Positions 1 to 13,799 of a stretch of 64,000 nt of DNA are shown here, piece by piece (positions within the stretch are counted from its first letter, which is position 1; every line of letters starts with the position of its first letter). The stretch is from NCBI RefSeq assembly GCF_964355755.1, contig NC_092678.1:18803365-18867364 (forward strand). The letters run 5' to 3'. Origin of the DNA: Antedon mediterranea (Eukaryota > Animalia > Echinodermata). The notes under the pieces were generated by a model. That model made no database searches. It saw nothing but the letters and a program-made list of their open reading frames with translations, and was not told the DNA's origin. Position numbers and translations under genes: made by a program.

Positions 1-1668
1 TTAAATGTTCATGTGTGCAAATAGCCACGGTTATGATTTGATAACAGAACACATCCAACTGTATAAACGTATTCACTAATCACTATTGTATGATCGTCCA
101 ATTAGCATACACGGGTAAAAGATGACGTCATTATTATTCAAACTATGGAATGCACTATGGGCGCCAGCACACTGAGACATCATCAATTTGTAAGTACTAT
201 ATAAACACAACTGGAAATTCTTGTAACTTTAAAAAGATGTTTCACTGTTTTTCATGTTAGTTTTTGGAAAACGATATTTATAGGGTTGCTGGGTTTTGTA
301 GGGATTTTAGGGTCGGTTATAAATAAGATTCTGGATCGCGTGATATTAGCCAAGCGTGAAATATCGGCATATCGGCTAGGATTTGGTAATGGGTGGTGAC
401 TGTAGCCTACTGACTTATAGCCTATTGTACTTTTGATGAAAATAACGTAGAGCCATGTTCTAAAGTTTAAATCCAGTCAGTTATCAGTAGGCCTATATCA
501 TTTTGTCTAGGCTATTTTCTGTCAGTATTCAGGGCCGACTGGTGGGCTAATAATAGGCCTGTGCCGTCTGACATAACGATGCATTCTTAGGCGAAGAAGA
601 GTTATATTATAATATTGGCATATGTTGCAAATACTAAAAACATTTGAGTTGTCGCACATCACAATCGAATCCTTGTTCACATAATGATATAGTACAGTAC
701 AGTTTTGTTCCTCCCACTGATGCTAGTCGCATCCAAGAGGCAGTAATATTCTAAATTTTAAAAGGAATTTGGTTTAGTATTTCTAGACAGTTACACCTTA
801 AAAAATTCTTATATATTGTTTTGTGAGGAGTCTGATTGAGACAAGTTTATTACTTCTAAACCAGATCCTAAACAAATTAAGGGAAAATATTATGTTAAAA
901 TGTATGTTAAATAAAATATGTACTATTTTGGTTGCATAAATATTACGAAACGAAACGAAACAATCTCCGGTGTATTCATACCAATCAAACTTTTTCTCAA
1001 ACATATATGTTCCCATGATACAGGTTTGCAACAATTATTGGATATTTAATAAAAATAGCATTAAACAGTATTGAAGTTACATTTCAATTCCAAAAACTAA
1101 ATTCAATAAACTATTACTAAAATAAACAAATACAAGTTAACACTATTGTAAACCTTAATAATTGCGATGTATTGTTCAGGAATATATATTTCTACCTTCA
1201 ACGTCAATCTCAAAATAATAGTTTTTTACAATACACCATATAATTTTATGTGTTTATTATCAGTAGTTTTATCAGCATCTCCCTTCAATACCCCGCACTT
1301 CCTGGTACCTTTACTCACGCAATTCACGAACTATTATTAGAAGACTGGTTCTTATTGTTCGAAATTCTGAAGTAAGAGCCGCCAAGCTCAATAATTTCAT
1401 TTTAATAATCACGTGACATTATTAGAACGTTTCCTTATTCTTTGTGATTTTAATTATGAATTATCTTAAACTAGATGATCTTGTCCACAGATGGTTCTCG
1501 AATACACAGTAATTTCAGCGTAAAAAAACTGGCGATTTCAAATATACGTACCGCAGGACTATAGTACATTGTCGTTTACAGAAACGAATAAATAGACACG
1601 ATGATTTATGTAAAAGTATCACCCTGGGAATTAGGAAGAGATAAATTTCTTATTATATTTTGTTTTAA

Positions 1669-1868
1669 GGTTCTGGTGGGGTTTCTGGACTGCAGCACAG
1701 TTCATGACTGTATTTTAATAAATACTCGTCACAATGATCGCTTGTGCTTCAGACATCAAGGACACATGCTTTTTTTCATTCTATAGCAATCAGGTTACCC
1801 AGTGTCTGGGACCAGCTTCCCAGACCGTACTGTTGACAGATGCTGCAGTCATAGAAAGCCCATCAGCC
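1669..1868. mobile_element. Small degenerate inverted-repeat element (MITE-like)
   Basis: Left GGTTCTGGTGGGGTTTCTGGACTGCAGCA vs right TGCTGCAGTCATAGAAAGCCCATCAGCC. Flanks are TTAA and TTCA. Absent from the paralogous block near 11830-11900. Confidence 0.5.
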
Positions 1869-1884
1869 TTCATTAGAAAAGTTC

Positions 1885-2074
1885 AAATTCATTTTGATTC
1901 GCTGTAACTGTTTTTTGTCTTTATGTCTTTTATGTGTAAACTGACTTTGGGGTTGGGTCAACCGGCTCAGCTACAGTGATTAAGTTCACTTAGGTTGACC
2001 CTGGTCTCCCCAATTTCAGTTTTTTTTGTTTTGTATATACTTAAATAGACCAAATAAATAATGAAATGAAATGA
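1885..2074 (+). mobile_element. Probable 3' tail of a non-LTR retroelement
   Basis: Stem-loop (GGGTCAACC...GGTTGACCC), then AATAAA and a (TGAAA)n tail. Absent from the paralog near 11850. Confidence 0.4.
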
Positions 2075-3104
2075 AGACCTTGTCTTAATAATTAGTCTAA
2101 TTTGTGTTTTGTATATAACATTAGAGTTAAGGGATGGGAAGAACAATTTTTAAATATATTCTCTATCCACTCAGTAACGAAATATTGTTTTAAATGTTTT
2201 ATAGGCCTATCAATAATATACCACTAAATATAGTAAACAAATCGGCCTGTCTTCAACATTATGATACTGTACTCGAGCTGTTCAACCAGGTTTCAGCTAT
2301 TAAAAACAATTATCGTAGGAGGAAAAGTTCATTATATTATGTTACAATTACTCCATACAAATTGTGTCTCTTATTCTACCTTTCACACATTCAATAGTGA
2401 AATCAGTTATTTTGAGGGATTTTTTAGGTTTGAATTTAACTTTGAAATTAACTGGAAACCCGTACTCCTCTAACCGATAACAAAAATACTGGTTTAAAAA
2501 AAAATAAACTCTATATTTTAAAAAAATATAGTTAAACAGCAACCATTTTAATAAAACATAAACGTAATGAAGAATGTTTATGAGTTGAATATAGAGAACA
2601 CAATAGAAAAAAACATGCAATTTTTGTTCCAATGATAATCAATGTAAGACATCTGCAATTATATAATTATAACGAAAATTATGAAAATTAGGTGATTTGT
2701 AATAAATAAAATTGAGTGAATCTAGACTCATAACTACAACAAAACGGTTTATTATGATATACACAATACGATCGTAGACCTGTCAGTATATTGTTTAATG
2801 TACAGACCTACTGTATAAGTAATTAATCGATCTAGCTATACAAACATTGCTAGATAACTGAAACTGATCAAGACTAATATGGTTTTCCTAACGAGTCCAC
2901 GTCTTGGTACTTGCTATTAATCATAATCATACACAATTTTATACCATAAAGCTTAGATAATCATAAAAATATGTAATCAATTACTAGGGGATTTTGTTGT
3001 GATTCTCATTATTTTCTTCACCACTGTCTGACAAATAGTATTGTCACTATTGATCGTTAAATGCGTTCTATCAGCTTCATTTCAATCCCGTAAGTACCCT
3101 TTAA

Positions 3105-3702
3105 AGCTCAGGTACAGGCATGAATTTTAAATATAATATCTAGTTAATTGTACATAAATCAAATATTTGTAACAGAAATCAAGACGAAAAACCATGAATT
3201 TCCCCTAATATGGTCAAATACAAAATTTGGCAAAATTCTGCCAAAAAAAACAGGAAAGACTTTTTTTCAGTAGTTAGGTAGTTAGCATAATGTAAGAACA
3301 TGTCTGGTGACTCCCTAGAAGGTGAAAAAAGATGGTGGATATACGGTGGATAATTTTTGCTATAGCATGATGAAAATAAAATTCTGAAGTTGAATAAAAA
3401 TACCAGAAATGTAAAATTCAAGTTATATTACCTATATTTAGTCATCTGATAACATTTTTTACCACACCGTTTATTTTTCATAGCTTTTTAAAATGCCTCT
3501 CCATTTTCAAAATGTGTGTACAAAAGAATAGAGATTTTACTGTGTAATTTGAACTATCCCCCCACTGATATGAAAGTGCTAATTTTCAAAAAGCTCCTGT
3601 AACACAAATAAAATCCCAAAAATTATGAAACATAGGGGAAACTATAGATCGATAATTATTGGAATGTATGATCAATAGAAATTTTTTGCCCGCACCTGGC
3701 CT
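3105..3702. mobile_element. Non-autonomous DNA transposon with TTAA TSD (Kolobok-like, AG...CT termini)
   Basis: TTAA at 3101-3104 and 3703-3706. Degenerate TIRs AGCTCAGGTACAGGCA / TGCCCGCACCTGGCCT. Empty site CCTTTAAGATGAG in the paralog at ~4839-4851. Confidence 0.75.
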
Positions 3703-5924
3703 TTAAGATGAGTCATTGATGAGCTTTATTCGTAAAACGTCAAACGATCGCGTGAGTTGTACAACATAATAGGCCTGCTAAATTGAATGTAGTAACAATT
3801 TCCCCTTGGTTTGTTTATCTTCCTTTTTTAGATCTAAAGTGGATCCACCCTTCATAAACCTAGATTCTAAAATAAGAAACTATTAAAAGGTTTTCTTGGT
3901 CATATTTAATTTCGTCGTTCCTGTTAACTTTTGAATACCTGGTTTTTATTATTTTGACTTCAACATTGTATGAAACGTCACCTGAATGTCTATTTTGACG
4001 ACCTTGGCGCTTATATTATATTCGATACAAAGCTTTCTTCAAGGATGTACAAACTGTATAAAAGATTGTATAGATAGTGTATAGATGTAAGTGATAACTA
4101 AAGGTGCCGATGTGCCGATGTCAACAACAATACCTGTTTAACAATATTTGATATTCGTCCTAGATAATTGTATTATGCAGGATGGATTTAAAAATCACAT
4201 ATTTATAAATAACTAATAATTTCTTTGTATTGGTTACAAATTGTCACGTGTTTATTTGAAAAAGAATAAAATCAAATTGTGTATTTTATTATTATTGTAT
4301 ATAAATAGTTATTCCTAAAAATATGCAGATAGGTTTTTGTTGAGTAAAACTACGGTACTGTTTACAGACATCTTAATTTACTTCAATATTGTATTTAATA
4401 ACAACGAATGTTCATTCAAAAATTAAACAGCAAAACAAATTACAATAAAAAATAAAAGTAAGAATGTTTATGAGTTTAACATGATTATTTGTGGCAAACT
4501 AAAAGAAAAACATGCAATTTGGTTTCCAATGACAATCATTGAAGTGAAATATAAAACATCTGTAATGATAAATATAACGAAGATTATGATTAAAATGATT
4601 TGAAATAAAGCTTACATAAGTAACTTAATTAAAACTGCGAAATGAACTATTCAAAGTCTGTTTTATTAATCTTCATATTTCATGTTTTTTGTGGACAACC
4701 TATCTCTAATTAATTAAAAAAAGATTTATTGTGACACTTGCATTTTTTGACAACTGTCTGAAAATGAGTGGTGTTTATAATATTACTGTGGACGTCAAAT
4801 GCGTATAACTATCCGCTTCATTTCAATCCCGGAATTATCCTTTAAGATGAGCATTATTCGTAAAATGCCAAACGATCGCGTGAGTTGAACGACATAATAG
4901 GCCTGCTAAATTGAATGTAGTAATATAACAATAATTTCTTTTGTTTATTTATCTTCTTTTTTGGATCTAAAGTGGATCCACCCTTCGCGGTGTATTCATA
5001 AACGTAGATTCTAAAATAAGAAACTATGAAAAGGTTTGTTTGGTGCTATTTACTTTTCTCTTTCTTGTTAACTTTTGAATACCCTGTTTTTATTATTTTC
5101 ACTTCAAAATTGTATGAAACGTCACCTGAATATCTATTTTGACGACCTTGGTGCCTATATTATATTTGATACAAAGCTCTCTTTAAGGATGCCAAAACTG
5201 TATAAAAGATTTTATAGATAGTATAGATGTAAGTGATAACTGAAGGTGCCGATGTGCTGATGTTAACAACAATACCTGTTTAACAATAATATTTGATATT
5301 CGTCCTAGATAATTGTATTGTGCCGGATGGATTTAAAAATCACCTATAAATAACTAATAATTTCTTCATATCGTTTACAAATTATCACGTGTTTATTTGA
5401 AAAAGAGTAGGCCTAACAAGTTAATCTGTTTTCTGCAAATAAATCGTGTATTTTACCATATAAACCGTAGTAGTATATTAAGAAATATAAATAGTTGTTG
5501 AGTAAAATTACTGTTTACACACATCTTAATGTGATGAAGTATAGAAATGAATTTTACTGGTTAGTGTTGGTGCCCACTTGTTAGTATAATGTAACATGTT
5601 TTATTAAAAAAAAACAAAAAAAAAAAAAACAGAAAACAAATTAAAACCTAACTATTTTAAACCTAACTAGTCTCTACATACAATTGATATTTACACTTAC
5701 TCTTTTAAACATTATTAATTTGAGCATAGAATTTATTTAATTAAAAGTATTTCAATTTTTTCACAATATTGTATAATGTATAAACCAAATTTAAACAAAA
5801 ACAAAAATCAATTAATTACATTAATTAACCTTATTCACTTTGAATTGTACACCTCCAACTGTTTGTTAGGAGATTAGGAAATGCTATTCTCTGATAACAT
5901 ACGGCAATCCTTTATGTGAGTGCC

Positions 5925-6260
5925 AAGGTAATTCGCATCTGAGTGTAAGAAATCTATGCAATATGAAAAAGAAACCGTTATTAATGTTTTCTGGTGTATC
6001 ATGATTCTGCATCCAAGATAAACGATCATTTTGTTGCTGTGTTTCCTCTTCCTCTTGACGGTACTACCTTGCTCGCTTAGTTACCTGCAAGTTGTCATTC
6101 TAAGATCTTCCCAAGTCAGGTACTCGCTTTAACAAATAAACTGAATGCCAGGAAGAATGAGTATCCTGATAATCTATCTTTAATTGTTAAGAAGTTTAAT
6201 CGATATTTACAAGACTCTTTGAAGGTTTAACCGTCAGATGGATCACTGATTACATTGTGA
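5925..6260 (+). pseudogene. Highly decayed LINE (L2/CR1 group) ORF2 fragment, paralog of 13800-14430
   Basis: Aligns by eye with 13960-14430, with an internal deletion. Retains NDHFVAVFP- and KLNARK-like segments. Confidence 0.55.
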
Positions 6261-7199
6261 ATAATATGTTAAATATTAAACTTTCATTTTAGAAAGGATC
6301 TTATACTACACATTATCTTATCGATGTAATTAATAGTAATAATAATTATTGGATCTTGAAACTAGTAAAATACTCAGGTTTGAATCACGATGTTGTTATT
6401 GATAAATTAGTAATTAGTATACGAATGAGGTCATCTGTAGCTTCCTGAGTAAGAACATTATAAACACCAGATTTAAACAACGTATCTCTGCATATAAAAT
6501 AAATCACTTTTATGTTTGAATATGGTAGTACCAGATGTTTAACCTATTCACTGTTCACTATTGTATGATCGTCCAATTAGCATACACGGGTAAAAGATGA
6601 CGTCATTAGTATTCAAACTAACATCGTCAATTTGTTAGTACTATATAAACACAACAACAAATTCTTGTAACTATAAAAAGATGTTTCACTGTTTTTATGT
6701 TAGTTTTTGGACAACGGTATTTATAGAGTTGATGGGTTTTGTAGGGATTTTAGGATCGGTTATAAATAAGATTCTGGATCGCGTGATATTAGCCAAGCAT
6801 GAAATATCAGCATATTGGCTAGGATTTGGCAATGGATGGTGAATGGAGCTTACTGACTTATAGCCTATTATAATGTTGATGAAAATAACGCAGAGCCATG
6901 TTCTAAAGTTTACATTCAGTCAGTAGGCATATATCATTTTGTCTGGGCTATTTTCGATCTTTATTCAGGGCCGACTGGTGGGCTAATAAATATACTTGTG
7001 CCGTCTGACATCGGTACATTCATAGGCGAAGAGTTATATTATAATATTCGCATTTGTTGTAAATATTGAAAACATTTGAATTTTCGCAAATTACAATCGA
7101 ATCCTTGGTCACGTAAAGATATTAATCTTCTAAATTTAAAAAGGAATTTGGATTAGTATGCCTAGACAGTTACATCTTATATAATTCTTATATATTTAG

Positions 7200-7778
7200 T
7201 TTAGTGAACCACTTTATGATATACCCAGCTGTTTTTTATGAAGGCATTGTCCCTTCTCAGTGGAAAAAGGCAGTTAAAAGGGTAGTTCCTGTGCCCAAGG
7301 TTCAGCCTCTTACTATTAACAAACTCAGACCTATCTCCATTACTTCTGTGTTTGCCGAAGTAGCTGAGGAGTTTGTCACTGACTTGATCTTGCAAGATAT
7401 AAGTACAAAAATCGATGTTAACCAGTTTCAAAATGTTAAGGGTTTGTCTACTGCTCATTACCTACCCCACTTGGTACATTATCTCTGTCAATGTGCTGAG
7501 AATAAGCACAATGTTGGTACCATGGTTCTTACTGATTTCTCCAAGGCCTTTGACCTTATCGACCATACCATCATTGTTAATAAGATCATTGATATTGGAG
7601 TCAGGGGGGCTTTGGTACCATGATTGTGTGATTTTCTTTTTATGCGTATGCAGTGTGTTGAATATAATGGTACCTCTACTTACTCTTACTTAAAAGCTGG
7701 TGTCCCACAGGCACAGCTGATTTAATCCCCCCGACCAGACATAGCAGTCATGGTAGGAATTTAAGAAATAAAAACAAA
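7200..7778 (+). mobile_element. Truncated LINE (L2/CR1 group) reverse transcriptase fragment with 3' tail
   Basis: ORF 7204-7623 has WKKAVKRVVPVPK, LRPISITS and DFSKAFD. GVPQ follows out of frame, then AATAAA. Absent from the paralogous site at ~816. Confidence 0.85.
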
Positions 7779-8183
7779 ATTACCCAGCTAGCGTCTAAAA
7801 CATCCAGATTTACTAATAGCCCTATACACTACTTCATAAAATTATTAAACTATTAATGTTCTCCCCTGCGAGCTTGCGACTGCTCTTCCCTTCTTTGTCT
7901 TTTTTTTATATTTTATATATATACTAAGACATGTATTTTTACACGCAATTTGGCTCTTAGCCATGAGTTGTAATTTTGGTCGATTTTTGATATTTGAAAG
8001 AAAAGTGAATAATAATAATTTTGTTCTGTAAAGGGTCTGATAGAACAAGTTTCTTACTTCTAAACCAGATCATAACCAAAATAATGGGAAAAATTTATGT
8101 TAAAATGTACGTTAAATGAAATATGTACTATTTTGGTTAAATAAATATTACAACACCAGACGAAACGATATCAGGTAGATTAA

Positions 8184-8809
8184 AGACCCCTTCCCTGCAA
8201 TTTTGGACGTTTTTTGGAAAATAATACATATATATCACTTTAAAAACATTAAACCATGTCATTCCTTGTCTTAAATGTACGTTTTATGGTAAATTATGAT
8301 AAAAAGTGAGAAACAATGCACTACCTAAGTAGCTCGCGGCGATCGACCTCTCGTGGACGGTCTTAGGCCTAGCCTAGATAGGCTTAGTTTTGTAGGCCTA
8401 GCTGGTAAACATCGATAACGTACGAACATCGTACGCTAGCTATATACCTAGCCTGACGTTGTATAGTTGCTGCATTAATTTTCTTTCTATTTTTCCCAGA
8501 CTCCGTTGATACAAATTGGGGAAAACCCGGTATTTTCGCTGAAAAGTTAGGAGTCTTCCATTTGTTTTGGCTTCACGATCGATCGAAAAGTGGGCGAATT
8601 ACAGGTGAAAAACAAAAATATCAATCCGCGCGCAATGCATTTTGGGATTTATAGCGGGCCGCTATAATTATTAGAATCGATTTATTTTTCACTTTTTTAA
8701 CCGTTTAAAGACGAAAAAAGTTATCGCAATAGGACCATATAGTATTATTTTTACATTAAATATATTTTGTGATCTTAAATTAGATCTAAAAAACGTAGGG
8801 AATGGGGCT
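8184..8809. mobile_element. Non-autonomous DNA transposon with TTAA TSD (Kolobok-like)
   Basis: TTAA at 8180-8183 and 8810-8813. TIR AGACCCCTTCCCT / AGGGAATGGGGCT. The paralog at ~970-985 lacks the insert. Confidence 0.8.
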
Positions 8810-9471
8810 TTAATACCAATCAAACTTTTTCACAAGCGCATAATATGTTCCCATAACACAGGTTTGCAACAATTATTGGAAGTATAAAAACATAATAGGA
8901 GTATTGAAGTTATATTTCAATTCCAAAAACTAAATTGAATAAACTATTGCTAAAATTAGCAAATACAATGCGTTTATCTTAAGTTAACCCTATTGTAAAC
9001 CTTAATAATTGCGATGTATTGTTTGGGAATAATATGTTTATCTTCCACGTCAATCACAAAATGATATTGGTTTTTTTTTACAATACACCATACAATGTAT
9101 GTGTTTACTATCAGTACATTTTATCAGCATCTCCATTCAATACCCTGCATATCATGGTACCTTCACGCACGCAATTCAAAAACCATATTGGAAGATTGTT
9201 ATACATTCTGAAGTAAGAGACGTCAAGCTCAATAATTCTATTTAAAAAACCACCCACGATCACCTCATTATAATAATTGTTAGAACGTTTCCTTATTATT
9301 TGTTGAATATTTGAATTATCTTAAATGTCAATCGCATGTTTTAATTACTGTGTATGTTTCAATTCCTCCATACAAATTGTGTTTCTTTTAGTTACTTTGA
9401 GGGAATTTTTAAGTTTGAATTTAACTTATTTAACTAATTTAACTGGAAATGCGTATTCCTCTATACGATAA

Positions 9472-9575
9472 CAACAAGGCCATTCACATTAGTATTTACC
9501 GACAAACCGATCGACCAACCGACCGACAAAGTGAGCTGTCGAGTCGCGTTGCACGCGACTAAACGCGACTAAAAA
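9472..9575 (+). mobile_element. Short Helentron-associated (HINE/DINE-1-like) non-autonomous element
   Basis: Starts ACAAGGCC, has a (CCGA)n microsatellite and a 3' hairpin AGTCGCGTTGCACGCGACT followed by an A-run. Absent from the paralog at ~2480. Confidence 0.6.
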
Positions 9576-9718
9576 CACTGGTTTTATGAAAAATAAACAA
9601 TATATTTTAAAATACTTCAAAAATATAATTAAAGAGCAAAGTAAATTAAAAAAAATAATTGTAAAAAATAAAAGTAATAAAGAATGTTTATTAGTTGAAT
9701 ATAGAGAAAATTTCGTTG

Positions 9719-10380
9719 CACATCGTAATACTGACGTTTTGAGAAAAAGAGGTTTCAAAGTTTAATTATGTCTTACAAATCAAAAAATCTAGGCTAAACA
9801 ATAATACTCAAGAATTATGTTACTAATACAAGGGAAGAGTGTAATTTAACTCTTCCCTGCTAATACTCAGTCAAAGTTGATGTTTGGGCCTCATACTCGT
9901 TCTTCCCTTGGGTGGGCCAAAAATGGCAAAAAATCATAAAAAAATAACACAATGGACATAATCAAAGTCAGACATAGTACTGTTTTGGTTCATTTAAATC
10001 AAAAAAATGCACCAAAGAAGTGAGAAACAACTGGAAAATGATAATACGGAAGAGACAGCATGGACACCACCTCTGCATACAGGAATCCAATGTAAAAGAT
10101 ATGTCTATGTCCCACAAAAATAAAAAAAAATCATGCTAGAACTGACCATGTCGCAACATAGACAGTTCTGGCAAAAAATCAAATATCAAAATCATATATA
10201 TGGACATAGACTTAATTTACTTTGTCCAGGTTAACTCTTCCCTGCTTTGTCTTCTCTATTTTGAAGGGAGTGGACCTAGTCACTTCTGGCAGAGAAAATA
10301 TATCCAAGAACATAACTAATAGAGGGTCTAACTCATTTTTGCTCAAATTGGACATGTTTTGGCACTAAGCCCACGATGTG
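9719..10380. mobile_element. Possible degenerate TIR element with CAC...GTG termini
   Basis: CACATCGT at 9719 and ACGATGTG at 10373-10380, with weak subterminal similarity. Interrupts the duplicated block. No TSD resolved. Confidence 0.35.
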
Positions 10381-13300
10381 TAGACCTACTGTAGGCCTAT
10401 CTGCTATTAAAACAACATATAGACCTAGCTAGCTAAACAAATATTACTGGATAACTTAAACTGATCATGGGTAAATGTGTTTTTCCAAAACGAATAATTA
10501 ATCAGATCCATACAAATTTCCCTTTATTTCTTTTATGCCCTACAGCTTAATAGATACTTCCTATGTATTAACACTAATATGTAATACATCAATAGTGATG
10601 TTTTGTGATTCTCATTATTTTCTTCACAACTGTCACTGTAAATGTCACTGCGATCGCCAAATACGTATAACTATATCAGCTTCAATTCAATACTGGAATT
10701 ACTTGATGATAAGATGAGTCTTTGATGAACTTTATTCGTAAAAAGTAAAACGATCTCGTGACTTATACGATATAATAACCCTGCTAAATTGAATTTAGTA
10801 ATAATTTACCCTTGGTTTGTTTATCTTTGTTTTTTGGATCTAACGTAGATCCACCCTTTGGGGTGTATTCATAAACCTAGATTCTAAATAAGAAACTTTG
10901 AAAACGTTTGTTTGGTCCTATTTAAATTTCTCTTGTTAACTTTAGAATACCCTATTTTTATTATTTTCACTTCAACATTGTATGAAACGTCACCTAAATG
11001 TCTATTTTGACAACCTTGGTGCTTATATTATATTCGATACAAAGCTCTCTTTAAGGACGCACAACTTTATAAAAGATTGTATAGATAGTGTATAGATGTA
11101 AGTGATAACTAAAGGTGCTGAAGTACCGATGTTAACAACAATAGCGGTTTAACAATATTTGATATTCATAGATGATTTTATTATGCCGGTTGAATTTAAA
11201 AATCACATATACTGTATAACTAATAATTTATTCGTATTGGTTAAACCATATCACATGTTTATTTGAAAAAAAGTAACAGGTGAATTTGTTTTCTGCAAGT
11301 AAATTGTGCATTTTCAATATAAACCAGTACCATAGCAGCATATTATTAAGAAATAATTGTTCCTAAAAATATGGAGATGAAGATTGCTGAGTAAAACTAC
11401 TGGTTACACACATCATTTTGTTTTGACACTTTTCAGTATATGTAACATGTTTTTTTCCCCAAAAAAACAAACAAATTACATGTAGTAACCTAACAATTTT
11501 TCAACAGTTCTCTACATACAATTGATATTTACACTGACTCGTTTAAACATTATTAATTTGAGCATAGAATTTAAATTAAATTTATTTAATTAAAACGTAT
11601 TTTATTTGTTTTTACAGTATTGTATAATTTATAAACCAAATTTAAGCAAAAACAAAAAACAATTAATTACATTAATTAAACTTACTAGATGGTTCTCGAA
11701 TACACAGTAATTTCAGGGTAAAAAACTGGCGATTTCAAATGCACGTACCGTAGGACTATTTAAGACATTGTCGTTTACAGAAACGAATAAGTAGACACAA
11801 TGATTTATGTAGTCAACGAAAATTAGCACCCTGGGAATTACTTCCGAAAGAGAAACGTACCACAAAATGAGTCCAAATTGTTAATTCATTTAAAGAAACC
11901 CAATTAGGGTTGAGGGATGGGAAAGAGGATATGTACAAAGAGGAACAATTTTTAAATATATTCTTTATCCACATCAGTGACGAAATATTGTTTTCATTTT
12001 TTATAGGCCTATAAATAATATACCACTAACGGTGACTAAATATAGTAAAACATTTGCGATTTATTACTTTGTTAAAACTGTCACTTTCATAGTCGATTGA
12101 AATAGTAAAGTACATGTAACGATACACCACTACGACGTTTATATTTTTTGTAATTATTAATTAATGCAAACGTTGAGAAGCAACTGTCAGTAATAAAGTT
12201 TATTTGTATATTACGTGTTTATATATCTAACAGTAGAGCCTATCCACAATCACAGTAATACAGTTTATTTGTATATATTTTTTTACATCTAACAGTATTC
12301 ACAGTAAGAAATGTTTGTATATATTTTTTTACATCTAACAGTATTCACAGTAAGAAATGTTCGATTCAAATGACGACCAAAAATGGTTAATGGGTATTTG
12401 CAGTACTGTATTGTCAAAGTATTGCAAGTTTATTCTCCAAGGGCTCATAAATTTACCTACTTGTGATAAACCAAACTGGCAGACTGAGAGATTGGAATGT
12501 TCCATTCATCGCAAATCAATACATTTGTAAAAACGTATATTAAATCTATCAAAATACTATTTTGTAAAGAAAATCGGCCTGTCTTCAACATTATGATGCT
12601 GTACTCGAGCTGTTCAACCGGTTTTCAGCTATTAAAAACAATTATCGTAGGAGGAGATAGGAAATTAATGCGAAGTGTCCTCGTATTATTGTGTACGGGT
12701 AGTTTTCAAGTTGGACATCCATTGGAAAGTGTATACCACGATCGGAAAACACCCCTATTTGGGGCAAATCGTTGAACCTAAATTCATTTCAATCGTCAAT
12801 AAATAATTATCTAACTCAATTTAATTACTAAACAGGGTTACATAAGGTGGTTAAAATCAGTACCGAAAGTACGAACCAACTTTATATACCATCGAGTAAA
12901 AGTTTTAGAAGTAAGGCGCGATTTACCGAATTTTGCCCTTACGTAAATTTATATATAGATTCACTTTCAACTGTACACCTCCAACTATTTGGTAGGAGGG
13001 TAGGAAAGAGCAGTTTTCTGCGTGTTATTCTCTGATAATATACCTTAATCCATTTTGTAAGTCCCAAAAATCGATCAATTTAGCCACATCACCGACCTCC
13101 GATCAACATCTCACGAACAATAATTATATGGATTGTAAGATAAGCCGGACAAGTTGGACCAGATGGACTTACTTGACCATGAGTTTATAGGCAAAATCTG
13201 CAGAATCCAGAACGGTGAAGCATTCCGCGTTAGCGAGAGCCTTACACCGTTCTGAATCATGCAGATGTTGACAATGTGAGAAACCCCGTCCCTGAAATGT

Positions 13301-13799
13301 TCACGAACCCGCATTGATAACCGTCTATTAGTTAACTAACATACAAAAAAATAATGTGTATCTCATAGAAATACAACAACAACAACAACAGTATTATGTT
13401 ATCTCGTTGTCTGTATATCCTGCTAAAATAGCAACAATTGTGAGTTCCTTTATAAGTATTTAAATAAACAATACTATCGATCATAGCTCATAACTATAGG
13501 CCGACATCTACCTGTTAAATTAATCAGTTATACTTCAATATTTCCCTTTCTAATTTACTGGGTCATTTGTCTTAGGTATTTGATGTGTTTTTTGCGGTTT
13601 TCACTGCAGTGTTTAAATGAAAGTACTGGTTATACTTATAAACGGTGTATTTTAAAAAGAAATAAAATAAAAGTAGGTAACATATTTGTATAAGTATAGT
13701 TATTATGTCGAGGAATGAAACAGTTATTATTACACTAGTCCAATTGCTTGAGGGTGCTTTAATGATCACTCTCCAGTAAAAAAATGATCACAGAAGAAT

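Noticed and set aside
798-13769. Numerous 60-95 aa ORFs in the duplicated patchwork
   Set aside because: Low-complexity F/I/L/Y-rich translations not conserved between paralogous copies. The LINE RT fragment at 7204 is the exception.
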